This document shows, piece by piece, positions 19,058 to 27,804 of a stretch of 64,000 nt of DNA. This DNA comes from Bdellovibrionales bacterium (GTDB lineage: Bacteria > Bdellovibrionota > Bdellovibrionia > Bdellovibrionales > UBA1609), in assembly GCA_027317865.1 (NCBI GenBank), contig DAHVQG010000003.1:159263-223262 (forward strand). Direction: 5' to 3'. Under the pieces are notes generated by a model. It saw only the letters and a program-made list of their open reading frames with translations, was not told where the DNA came from and ran no database searches. The first letter of the stretch is position 1; every line of letters starts with the position of its first letter. The position numbers and the translations under genes were made by a program.

Positions 19058-19085
19058 CGATTTGCTCCCGAATCCCGTCTAAAAT

Positions 19086-19113
19086 ACATCGGCACATTGG
19101 CGCCTAAACTCAA
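19086..19113 (-). promoter_or_regulatory. Sigma-28 (FliA)-like promoter
   Basis: Minus strand TTGAGTTTA-N11-GCCGATGT upstream of the FliG-like gene. Confidence 0.45.
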
Positions 19114-19164
19114 GGCCGGTTGAATTAAATGTTGCCGGCTGAGCTAAATCATTCAAAGTTTCAA

Positions 19165-20202
19165 CTAGCGATGGTGGCGCGGCACAAAATGATGATGTAA
19201 ATGCGGATGTGGTCGGTAATATTTGCGATAGACGTGGCGTCCGCTACCCTCTAGAGCTTTGGCGGTCGGTTTGTGCATGCGCATGGTTGGTGCGTTTCGC
19301 CATAAATTCGCGACTACAAATGTATCGATTTGATCGATGTTTTTGACTTTGCGTTGTCTTAAATTTTGGTACAGTGCTGGGTTATGCGCGCGAATATCCG
19401 CCATAACCGACTTAAACGCTCGCCTTTGCAATTTGTGTAGTTCTTGTTGTTGCGCTTTCGGCAATTTCGCTATGGCCCGCTTGCTGATTTTGACTTCAGA
19501 TTGTCGATGAATTTTAGCTAACTCGCTTCGTGTCGTCTGAATGACACGCGGAGCTGAATGAGATTTTGTGCTCGAATCGGCAGAAAAACCGGTTTTCACA
19601 GTTACGATCTGCGACGGATCTTTGGCGTTACGAAAAGCCACTGCTCCCCGCAAGACCGTCAGTTCTGTGCCGATATTGGCGTTCGACCGGGTGAAAAAGT
19701 CAGTTCCGCGTACGCCGGCGATCGCGTCGGGTGTCACAATGCGAAGGTGGTTGCGCGGCCCCACTTTTGAAATAAGCGCGCGGAACCTACCGTAAAACAT
19801 TTTGAGCATGGAATTGGCGTGGACATTCTGATGCGGATTGTTTTGAGTTGCGGCATTTTTCAAATCAACCGGCAAAACAAACGAGCTGGCTTTGCCGATA
19901 AAAAAAGTGTCGCCATTCGGATAAACGATTCTGATTTTTCCGTTTGTGCCACTGAGTACGATTTCACCTGGGCTTAGCTTTTGGCCGATTTTTGCAAGAT
20001 GATAGACGTATTTCTTTCCGTGCAATTTCGCAAATGGACCGTGGGCACCCGCTTGCGGTAGATGCAGAATTTTAACGTCACCTTGAACGGCGAGTATAGT
20101 CCCGACAAAAGTCTGCGCAAGGGCCGCCGACCCGGCACACAAAAATCCGGCACAAAGAAGTTCGACAATAATCACGTTGATGCGGTTAAGATGTAATTTC
20201 AT
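19165..20202 (-). CDS. FecR-domain secreted protein with His-rich tail
   Basis: Signal peptide, TPDAIAGVRGTDF FecR motif, VLRGAV. Confidence 0.85.
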   Translation of the reverse strand: MKLHLNRINVIIVELLCAGFLCAGSAALAQTFVGTILAVQGDVKILHLPQAGAHGPFAKLHGKKYVYHLAKIGQKLSPGEIVLSGTNGKIRIVYPNGDTFFIGKASSFVLPVDLKNAATQNNPHQNVHANSMLKMFYGRFRALISKVGPRNHLRIVTPDAIAGVRGTDFFTRSNANIGTELTVLRGAVAFRNAKDPSQIVTVKTGFSADSSTKSHSAPRVIQTTRSELAKIHRQSEVKISKRAIAKLPKAQQQELHKLQRRAFKSVMADIRAHNPALYQNLRQRKVKNIDQIDTFVVANLWRNAPTMRMHKPTAKALEGSGRHVYRKYYRPHPHLHHHFVPRHHR

Positions 20203-20257
20203 AATAAAAAAGCGTCACTGAAAGTCAGCACACAGTCAAGCGGTTAGGAGCGATGTT

Positions 20258-21043
20258 ATGGTTGCGAAGCGAATGGTAAAGCAATTGCTAGTAATGGGTA
20301 CGGTGGTTGTGTTCGCTGCCGCGCCGGCTCTCGCCGACAATATCAATGACGTTTTAAACGATGCAAAACTGAGTTACCCCGAACTTGAAGTTACTCCGCG
20401 AGCTTCGGCTCGGCTTAAAATGGAGGCGCGCGCCGAAATCTATAATCACTGGGAGCTTCACATACCCGTTCAAAGTTCGGCGCTTTTGACTCTTGCGGCG
20501 GCAATAAGTGCTCAACCAAGAGCTAATCTTTCATCATCCCAACAGTCAGCATTTGATTCCTCAAAGCAAATCGCCATAGGCGTCGGCGTGGGGTGGCTCG
20601 CTATAACCCTGGGGCTATCAGCCTGGTATCGCCCGTATCTTTCCGGTTATCGTGAAATCGCCAGAATGCCGAACAAAACGGAGCGGCAACAATTGACGCG
20701 CGAGCGCCTGGCTGAAGAAGCTTTGTATGCCCCCGAAGACCTTGCGATTAAAATTAAATGGTTTTCATTTGTGTCGAATCTCGCCGCGAACGTTGCGGTC
20801 ATGACGAATGCCGACAAATCGTCACAGGGTTTTTTGGCCGTTGCGGCTTTTGCCTCACTCGCACCGATTTTGTTCCCCTATCGATGGGAGACGGTTGCGG
20901 AGTTGCAGCGCAAGTATTTAAAACGAATTTATGGACCGGTGACAAGCGCGGTCTTGATGCCGGTGGAGGTTGCTAATTCTTCGCGGGCGCCAGATTCAGC
21001 TGTACGATACTCGCCGGGAGTCGAGATGCAATGGACTTTCTAA
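20258..21043 (+). CDS. Exported/membrane hypothetical protein
   Basis: Signal peptide (APALA), hydrophobic hairpins, C-terminal GVEMQWTF. Confidence 0.7.
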   Translation: MVAKRMVKQLLVMGTVVVFAAAPALADNINDVLNDAKLSYPELEVTPRASARLKMEARAEIYNHWELHIPVQSSALLTLAAAISAQPRANLSSSQQSAFDSSKQIAIGVGVGWLAITLGLSAWYRPYLSGYREIARMPNKTERQQLTRERLAEEALYAPEDLAIKIKWFSFVSNLAANVAVMTNADKSSQGFLAVAAFASLAPILFPYRWETVAELQRKYLKRIYGPVTSAVLMPVEVANSSRAPDSAVRYSPGVEMQWTF

Positions 21044-21920
21044 ATATGCCCGGTTTCAAATTATAAAACGTATCTTTTGAGATATTTTCGGCAAATGCGA
21101 CGGATTGTACAGCGGGTAGACCAAGTCCGCCGTTTGTGATCGCATAGTTATATGCCGTGATAAAATTGTCGGCAGCTTCCGGCCCTTGTGCAACCACATT
21201 GTCTGCAATTTTGAGCGCCGTTGCAATGGGGGCAGCCGGGCCCTTACTTGAAGTTAGAAAGCGATATAGTTTTATAAACTGGCCGGCAATTAGTGCATCA
21301 AAGTTTTCGGCCCGTTTTACTACGCGTGCGGCAATAATACCGCAAAGCGGTTTGGAGTAATTCATGCCTTTGCTGCTGTCACAAAATTTTACGAGTTTAA
21401 CAAAATCTTTAGCAGCTATACGAGGGTCGCCGGTGTAATTTGTTGCGAGCGCATTAGCGAGAATCAATGACGTGCGATAATCGAGATTCAGATATTTAGT
21501 TAAATAACTTCGGGTGAAAACCAAAACGAAGGTATCGCTGTAAGCTTGGGGGCGGTTTGCGAGTTCAACGGCAATCTTTATAGCGTCGTGCGTGCCCGAA
21601 CCGGATTTCGATAAAACTTCGAACACTTTCACAAAACGTCCCGCTGCGCCTGAGCAGCCTTTTGCCACCTGACTTGCGACGTCGAACATTTGCTCCCGAG
21701 TGAGTGCTAAATCCGGGTGCTTTTGTAAATATTCAAATGTTGTTATGAACTCTCGCGCTGAAGAGCAACGTTCAGGCACTTGGCTTGCTTTTAGCAGTTT
21801 AGTATCGAGATGTGCTGTCGTGAGGTCCTTCAAAGATGCCGCTTGGGCGACACGTGTAGGCGCAAGCGAAAAGATACTAAAAGCGAAAACGCAACAAAGC
21901 GTGCGAAGTATAAATTTCAC
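20973..21920 (-). CDS. Secreted helical-repeat hypothetical protein
   Basis: Signal peptide (VAQA); internally repeated F..L..FL...K..GL pattern. Confidence 0.7.
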   Translation of the reverse strand: MKFILRTLCCVFAFSIFSLAPTRVAQAASLKDLTTAHLDTKLLKASQVPERCSSAREFITTFEYLQKHPDLALTREQMFDVASQVAKGCSGAAGRFVKVFEVLSKSGSGTHDAIKIAVELANRPQAYSDTFVLVFTRSYLTKYLNLDYRTSLILANALATNYTGDPRIAAKDFVKLVKFCDSSKGMNYSKPLCGIIAARVVKRAENFDALIAGQFIKLYRFLTSSKGPAAPIATALKIADNVVAQGPEAADNFITAYNYAITNGGLGLPAVQSVAFAENISKDTFYNLKPGIFRKSIASRLPASIVQLNLAPAKN

Positions 21921-22064
21921 TCTTTTGATATCGGTTTAACTGCGCAATCGCCCGATGGCCTATCGTCGAGCTGTAGTGCGTTATTTGTCGCGGCGCTAAT
22001 GTAAAACAAATAATCGCAGCATAGTCTTGTGCCGTGAACTCTAGTTGCGCGAGGATGCGAGATT

Positions 22065-22805
22065 ATGATTGAACTACCAATTGTAGAATACTTGCGGGGG
22101 CAGCCGGTGACCGGGCGAAAGATTTATATAATTGAAGACGAACAAGATATTTCGGAGTTGATGCGGTTTAATTTGTCGCTTGAAGGTTTTGCAGTCGAAA
22201 CTTTTTCTACGGGCGAAGCCGGGCTAAAAGCGATCGAAGAAAACGCTCCGGATCTGCTGATTCTCGATATCATGCTCCCCGGTATGAGCGGGCTCGAAAT
22301 TTGCCGGCAATTAAAAGAAGGGCAAAACACAAAAAAAATTCCAACTATTATTGTCTCTGCGCGTGGCGAAGAGGCCGATGTCGTGCGCGGTCTTGAAATA
22401 GGCGCGGACGACTACGTAACAAAACCGTTTAGCCCCAAAGTGTTGCACGCGCGGGTTGAAGCGGTTTTACGGCGCGGGCAAGAGGCGCGAAAAGCGGCTG
22501 AAGTGGTTCAAATCGGCGGACTTACGATCAATGCCGGTCGTGTCGAGGTGCTTGTTGACGGTGAAAAAGTCAGTCTCACCCAATCCGAATTTCGGATTCT
22601 ACATTTTTTAGCGCAACGACCCGGCTGGGTCTATACGCGCTCACAAATCGTTGAAGCCATTCGCGGCGAAAACTATTCAGTCACCGACCGTACGATCGAT
22701 TTTCAAATGGTGGGCTTACGAAAAAAACTGGGCTCAGTGGGGCATCTGATTGAAACGGTTCGGGGAGTAGGGTATCGGTTCAGAGATTCGGAACCTAATT
22801 TGTGA
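22065..22805 (+). CDS. phoB: PhoB-like response regulator
   Basis: IEDE, LDIMLPG, GADDYVTKPFSP, IETVRGVGYRF; precedes a PhoR-like kinase. Confidence 0.85.
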   Translation: MIELPIVEYLRGQPVTGRKIYIIEDEQDISELMRFNLSLEGFAVETFSTGEAGLKAIEENAPDLLILDIMLPGMSGLEICRQLKEGQNTKKIPTIIVSARGEEADVVRGLEIGADDYVTKPFSPKVLHARVEAVLRRGQEARKAAEVVQIGGLTINAGRVEVLVDGEKVSLTQSEFRILHFLAQRPGWVYTRSQIVEAIRGENYSVTDRTIDFQMVGLRKKLGSVGHLIETVRGVGYRFRDSEPNL

Positions 22806-24106
22806 ACGACCGACGGCAACCCGCGAAATCACGACAATTTTTTTGGCAAATTTTTGCCGCACTCAGCGGCCTGAGCGTCTGTTCGCTTTTAGCGGCTTAT
22901 TTCATTGCGCCGTCTGATCCGAAACTTTTGCGAGCTTTAATGATTTTGCTCCCTGTGCAATTCGTTGTCTCTGTGATACTGGCCCTGCGATTGCGGCGAC
23001 CCGTAGATGTCTTGCGTTTGGCTTTGCAGCGTATTCGCTTGCAACTTCGACACCGAATTCAAATGTTGTCGGCGCAAAAAAATGAACAAGACGCTTTGTT
23101 ATCGTCAATGGCCGAGGGTGTGGTCGCCATCGATGCAGAAATGCGGATTATACAGGTTAATCGTGCGGCAGCCCGAATCTTGCAACTTGATCCGAAAGCC
23201 GCAGTGGGCTGTTTGTTGCACGATTTAATTCAAGAGCCATCGGTTATCGAACTCATTGAAACGGTCCGGCGCGATAATCAATCAGCAGAGCGCGACATCG
23301 AGCTCAAGGGCGATCGTTCGCGCCATTTGCAGGTGCAAGCCGGTCCCATGAATTTTGACGCCAAAGCGGCCGGGGTGGTGGTCGTGTTTTCAGATGTAAC
23401 TCGTATGCGAGAACTTGAGGGTATGCGCCGCAATTTTGTTTCTAACGTTTCGCACGAACTGCGCACGCCGCTGACGTCGATACAGGGTTTCGCCGAGACT
23501 TTGCTCAATCCGGCGGTAAAAGACCCCGAAGAAGTTCGCAAATTCTTGCAGATTATTCAACGTCATGCCACCCGTCTCGGCCGCATCATCGACGACATAC
23601 TGACACTTTCGAGTCTCGAGCGTGATGCTGAAAATAATCAAATTGAACTTAAAATTGATTTGATTCGGCCCGTCCTGCAGGCGGCTGTCGAACTATGCGG
23701 CAAAAAGGCCGAGGTTAAAAAAATCAAAATCGAATTGACGTGTGCCGAAGAGATTTCAGCTCCAATTGATACGCATCTACTTGAACAAGCCGTGATCAAC
23801 CTAGTTGACAATGCCGTCCGCTATAGCGATGAAGGCCAGCCGATTCGTGTTGAAGCTGAGCAAGTTGGGTCTGAAATTTTCATTCGTGTGATCGACCATG
23901 GAATTGGCATTCCTGAAAAACAATTGCCGCGGATTTTTGAACGTTTTTACCGTGTCGACAAAGCCCGCAGCCGCGAACTCGGTGGCACAGGCTTAGGGCT
24001 ATCAATTGTTAAACATATTGCGCTCGCACACAAAGGGAGCGTTGAGGTACAGAGCCAGGTCGGTGAGGGGAGCCAATTTACAATTCGGCTACCCTCATCT
24101 CAGTAG
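22802..24106 (+). CDS. phoR: PhoR-like PAS sensor histidine kinase
   Basis: FVSNVSHELRTPLTSIQGFAETL, RIFERFYRVDKARSRELGGTGLGLSIVKH. Confidence 0.88.
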   Translation: MNDRRQPAKSRQFFWQIFAALSGLSVCSLLAAYFIAPSDPKLLRALMILLPVQFVVSVILALRLRRPVDVLRLALQRIRLQLRHRIQMLSAQKNEQDALLSSMAEGVVAIDAEMRIIQVNRAAARILQLDPKAAVGCLLHDLIQEPSVIELIETVRRDNQSAERDIELKGDRSRHLQVQAGPMNFDAKAAGVVVVFSDVTRMRELEGMRRNFVSNVSHELRTPLTSIQGFAETLLNPAVKDPEEVRKFLQIIQRHATRLGRIIDDILTLSSLERDAENNQIELKIDLIRPVLQAAVELCGKKAEVKKIKIELTCAEEISAPIDTHLLEQAVINLVDNAVRYSDEGQPIRVEAEQVGSEIFIRVIDHGIGIPEKQLPRIFERFYRVDKARSRELGGTGLGLSIVKHIALAHKGSVEVQSQVGEGSQFTIRLPSSQ

Positions 24107-24116
24107 AAATTTGGTA

Positions 24117-24467
24117 TTATTCGCACTTAAATCCGGCTTTAGTCAAATTCTTGCGGATTTCGTTTTGAACATCGGCGCAATGGTGGGATTTCGGTCCGCC
24201 ACTGGCGATTTCTTTTGTTTTGCCCCATTTGGTATATTCGACAATGCAACGGTCTTTGCTTAGCGCGACCGTGGCCACGCGTTTGTCTTTACCTTTTGAA
24301 CAAGTGAGAGTCATGGTCGAAGTTCCGCTTTTGGTCATTGAGTGTTTAGCTGTTTTAGCAGCTTTCATTGTCGCGACCGGCTTCGCGCCCATCGTTTTTT
24401 TTGTTTTCATCGAAGAACAACCAGCTAACAGCGCAGCGGCTGCAAGCGATGCCAAGATGATTTTCAT
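24117..24467 (-). CDS. Small Lys-rich lipoprotein
   Basis: LLAGC lipobox; four further Cys, ends GFKCE. Confidence 0.8.
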   Translation of the reverse strand: MKIILASLAAAALLAGCSSMKTKKTMGAKPVATMKAAKTAKHSMTKSGTSTMTLTCSKGKDKRVATVALSKDRCIVEYTKWGKTKEIASGGPKSHHCADVQNEIRKNLTKAGFKCE

Positions 24468-24712
24468 GTTGAATATCTCCTTGCTAAATTTGTTTTATTT
24501 GATTTCGCGATGAAGAGTGTGTTTGCGCATATGCGGATTGTATTTCTTTTTCTCTAAGCGCTCAGGATGATTTTGAAAGTTTTTACGAGTTGTGTAACGA
24601 GACGGCGGTACACCCGCGGCGCGAGCCTCAGTACATTCAAGCGTAATAATTCGCACTTTACCTTTTTTAGCCATAAATTCACCTGCTGATGGGGCATAAC
24701 GTACCCGAACGG

Positions 24713-25504
24713 TTATTCAACGACAAGAGAAATTTCGCGCTTGTATTTCTGAATAGTGCTTCGAAACCCATAGTATAGGGATTCGGCAATGAACGCGTGA
24801 CCGATCGAAACTTCGATTATCTGCGGGACTGAATCCAGGAGTGCCCCAAGATTTATCGAGTTGAGGTCATGACCGGCGTTTACGGTGACCCCAATGGTCT
24901 CCGCCTTTACCGCTGCTTGTTGGTACACCCGAATAGTTGAACTATGGGAGCGGCTTTTAAAATCATGCGCATAGCGCTCGGTATAAAGCTCGATGCGATC
25001 CGGTTTTAACCGCGCCAAGGCGGACATTTCACGCTGAGAAAACGTAAACGGGTCGACAAAAAGTGAAGAGCGAACATGAAACTTGCGTAATGTTTCTAGT
25101 ATCTTATGTAAAAATCGCTCGTTTTGGTTTAGTCGCCAACCGGCATTCGACGTAAGCGCTTGTGGCGGGTCGGGCACCAAAGTTGCCTGGTCGGGCTTCA
25201 CGCGTTTGATAAGATCCAAGTAGTGTGAGCTGGGGTAGCCCTCAATATTGAACTCAATTTTCTTTTTAGACGAACGCCGCAGATTGATTTTTTTTAACAG
25301 TGCCGCCAAGGCGTAAACATCGCTTATACGGATATGGCGCTCATCCGGTCGCGGATGAACCGTAATACCTTCGGCGCCGAATTTGATGAGGTCTTTGGCA
25401 CACGCAACCACATCGGGGACGTTACCGCCGCGTGAATTGCGAAGGGTCGCAATTTTATTGACGTTAATGCTTAATTTGCAGTTCGGTCGCTGGTCGGGCT
25501 TCAT
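24713..25504 (-). CDS. pdxJ: Pyridoxine 5'-phosphate synthase
   Basis: [38 protein letters not shown]. Confidence 0.97.
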   Translation of the reverse strand: MKPDQRPNCKLSINVNKIATLRNSRGGNVPDVVACAKDLIKFGAEGITVHPRPDERHIRISDVYALAALLKKINLRRSSKKKIEFNIEGYPSSHYLDLIKRVKPDQATLVPDPPQALTSNAGWRLNQNERFLHKILETLRKFHVRSSLFVDPFTFSQREMSALARLKPDRIELYTERYAHDFKSRSHSSTIRVYQQAAVKAETIGVTVNAGHDLNSINLGALLDSVPQIIEVSIGHAFIAESLYYGFRSTIQKYKREISLVVE

Positions 25505-25605
25505 AAGACGGTGCAGGTTTACCTAACATCTCACACAACAGCAAGTTCTCACGACAAAAGGCGGTGGGGAATGCCCATGAAAAGGGTTCATGATAGTATT
25601 TTTAA

Positions 25606-26052
25606 ATGGCCAATAAATTACTTCGATCCAGCGTGGGTTGGGCCGGCCGCGAAGAAGCGACCCTTACAGTTGAACTAACTGTCGATGAAAACATCGTGAA
25701 AGCTCAACTTCACGGAATCGGTGGCCCCGAATTTTTACAGGCCCTTTGTGCGTTGCGCTCCCAACTCGTCGGTGACTGGAACAAAGTGAAACTGCCATTA
25801 GGGGCGACGTTTAGTGCAATCCTTTTGCGCGAACTTTTATTGAAAGCGCGTGGCGAATGGAACTTTCCGTACACGGAAGATGAAACGTGCCACTGCCGGG
25901 TTGTTCCCACTGAAATTGTCGATCAGGCGATATGCCTTGGGGCCCATACGCCAGCGAAAGTGAGCGCAATGACATCGGCGAGCACGGCCTGCGGCAGTTG
26001 CCGTCCCGATGTTGAAGCGATGATTCGCTACCGTCTGGGGCGCGCGGGTTGA
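25606..26052 (+). CDS. BFD-like [2Fe-2S]-binding domain protein
   Basis: TCHC...TSASTACGSC. Confidence 0.8.
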   Translation: MANKLLRSSVGWAGREEATLTVELTVDENIVKAQLHGIGGPEFLQALCALRSQLVGDWNKVKLPLGATFSAILLRELLLKARGEWNFPYTEDETCHCRVVPTEIVDQAICLGAHTPAKVSAMTSASTACGSCRPDVEAMIRYRLGRAG

Positions 26053-26074
26053 AATGTTCGCACAGTTAACTTAT

Positions 26075-27103
26075 TTACCCGAATCGTCTTTGAGGTGAAT
26101 CGAGACGCGAAAGTATTTGCGCCACGACGCGGTCACGAATTTCGCGGTAAGAACCGCGAATTTCAGCTCCTGCGGCGTACATGTGGCCTCCGCCACCGAA
26201 ATTTTCGGCTATCCCGAGAACCTCGACGGGGCCTTTAGAGCGCAAACTCATTTTATATAGGTTGGGGCCATCTTCGCGAAAAATCGCCGCTGCGAGTACG
26301 CTTTTAATGCTCATAACCATATCGATGACGTCGCGGGAGTCGTCCATATCAAGATCGTGATCGGCCAGGTCTTTAAGAGATAAGTTTAATATGGCGATGC
26401 GGTCATCCGCCAGGTATTCCACTTCGCTTAAAACTTTACCTAGATAGGTCACTTTCTTTTTTGTGTAATTGGCAAAGAGCGCGCGATGAATTTTTTCCGC
26501 TTGTCGTTCGAACTCCAATAGTTCGGCGCAGATCAGATGGGTGTTCCCCGAGTTTTTCACAAATTTGAAAATCTGGGTGTCAAATGCGAGTGACGTATAG
26601 AGGGCGCGCGCAATTTTTTCGTCCAAACGGATGCCCAGTTGTTTGATTAAAAAGAACGCAATTTCACCCGTGCTGGCTGCTGAAGTATCAATGAATGATC
26701 CCGGTGTGGGTTCTGGCCCTTGGTTTAAAATGGGATGGTGATCAATAAAAATAATTTCATGACATTTCTTTTCAAGTTCTGAATATAACGGTTCAACTAG
26801 TCTTCGGTCGTTGGTGTCGAAGATCATAGCTAGGTCCGTCTGTGCGATCGTATTTTTGAGTTGATCGTAGCGTTCGAGGTGAACTTCGGGCTCTAAAAAC
26901 GAATATTTTCTAGGAATTTCGTCGACGGCGACAACCCGCACGATCTTATTGTACTTCTTTAAAGCGTGAAAAAGACCCAACATTGCGCCAAGACCGTCCC
27001 CGTCGCACTGTTTGTGAGTCGTTAAAACGATAGTTTTCGCCTGTTGGATTTTTTTCGAAATGCTTGTGACGTTAAGATTATTGAATCGCGCCAGTGAGTC
27101 CAT
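26075..27103 (-). CDS. nrnA: DHH/DHHA1 phosphoesterase (NrnA-like nanoRNase / c-di-NMP PDE)
   Basis: H..CDGDGLG, FDT, IDHH, SLRS, GGGGH..AAG. Confidence 0.85.
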   Translation of the reverse strand: MDSLARFNNLNVTSISKKIQQAKTIVLTTHKQCDGDGLGAMLGLFHALKKYNKIVRVVAVDEIPRKYSFLEPEVHLERYDQLKNTIAQTDLAMIFDTNDRRLVEPLYSELEKKCHEIIFIDHHPILNQGPEPTPGSFIDTSAASTGEIAFFLIKQLGIRLDEKIARALYTSLAFDTQIFKFVKNSGNTHLICAELLEFERQAEKIHRALFANYTKKKVTYLGKVLSEVEYLADDRIAILNLSLKDLADHDLDMDDSRDVIDMVMSIKSVLAAAIFREDGPNLYKMSLRSKGPVEVLGIAENFGGGGHMYAAGAEIRGSYREIRDRVVAQILSRLDSPQRRFG

Positions 27104-27284
27104 TTTCCTGCTTATCGGTAAAATCGAGCGTTTAATTTAAAATGGCCGATACTTGCGCCACGGGCAAGTTACAATGTGTGACGGTCTTTTACTTTGGCCT
27201 TGTCACGGTTGAACTTTTCACTATAATACTCGCTTCATATTTCGTATCTTGACGCTATACAATATACAAGGAGACATCCAAATA

Positions 27285-27764
27285 ATGAGCGCTGAACGTC
27301 AACCAATGACCCAAGAAGGAAAAACGAAGCTTGAAAAAGAGCTTTATCAATTAATTCACGTCGAACGTCCAAGCATAATCAAGGCTATTGAAGAGGCACG
27401 GTCAAACGGCGACCTATCTGAAAATGCGGATTATGATGCAGCCAAAGAGCGGCAAGCCTTTTGTGAAGCACGGATCAGCGATTTACAGTCGAAAATCGCC
27501 AACGCTGAAGTCGTTGACACGGCTCGCCTTCGGTCTGACAAAATCATTTTCGGAGCTCATGTGAAACTCCTAGATGTCGAAGCCGACGACGAAAAAACAT
27601 TTCAAATCGTTGGTGAAGAAGAATCAGACGTGAATCTCGGCCGGATTTCGGTTTTTTCGCCGCTCGCAAGGGCCATCATCGGCAAGAAAAAAGGCGATGT
27701 TATTGAATTTAAAAGTCCAAAGGGCGAAAAAGAATATGAGGTCCTGGATTTTTTCTTTAAATAA
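27285..27764 (+). CDS. greA: Transcription elongation factor GreA
   Basis: GDLSENADYDAAKE, ISVFSPLARA; SD GGAG before ATG 27285. Confidence 0.97.
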   Translation: MSAERQPMTQEGKTKLEKELYQLIHVERPSIIKAIEEARSNGDLSENADYDAAKERQAFCEARISDLQSKIANAEVVDTARLRSDKIIFGAHVKLLDVEADDEKTFQIVGEEESDVNLGRISVFSPLARAIIGKKKGDVIEFKSPKGEKEYEVLDFFFK

Positions 27765-27804
27765 TAGGGGCAAGGGCTTTTTGGGTGAGCTCTAAGGAGC
27801 GTGC

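Noticed and set aside
22019-22034. Sigma-54-like CGGCAC...ATGC on the minus strand upstream of the 21920 ORF
   Set aside because: GG-GC spacing is one base too long
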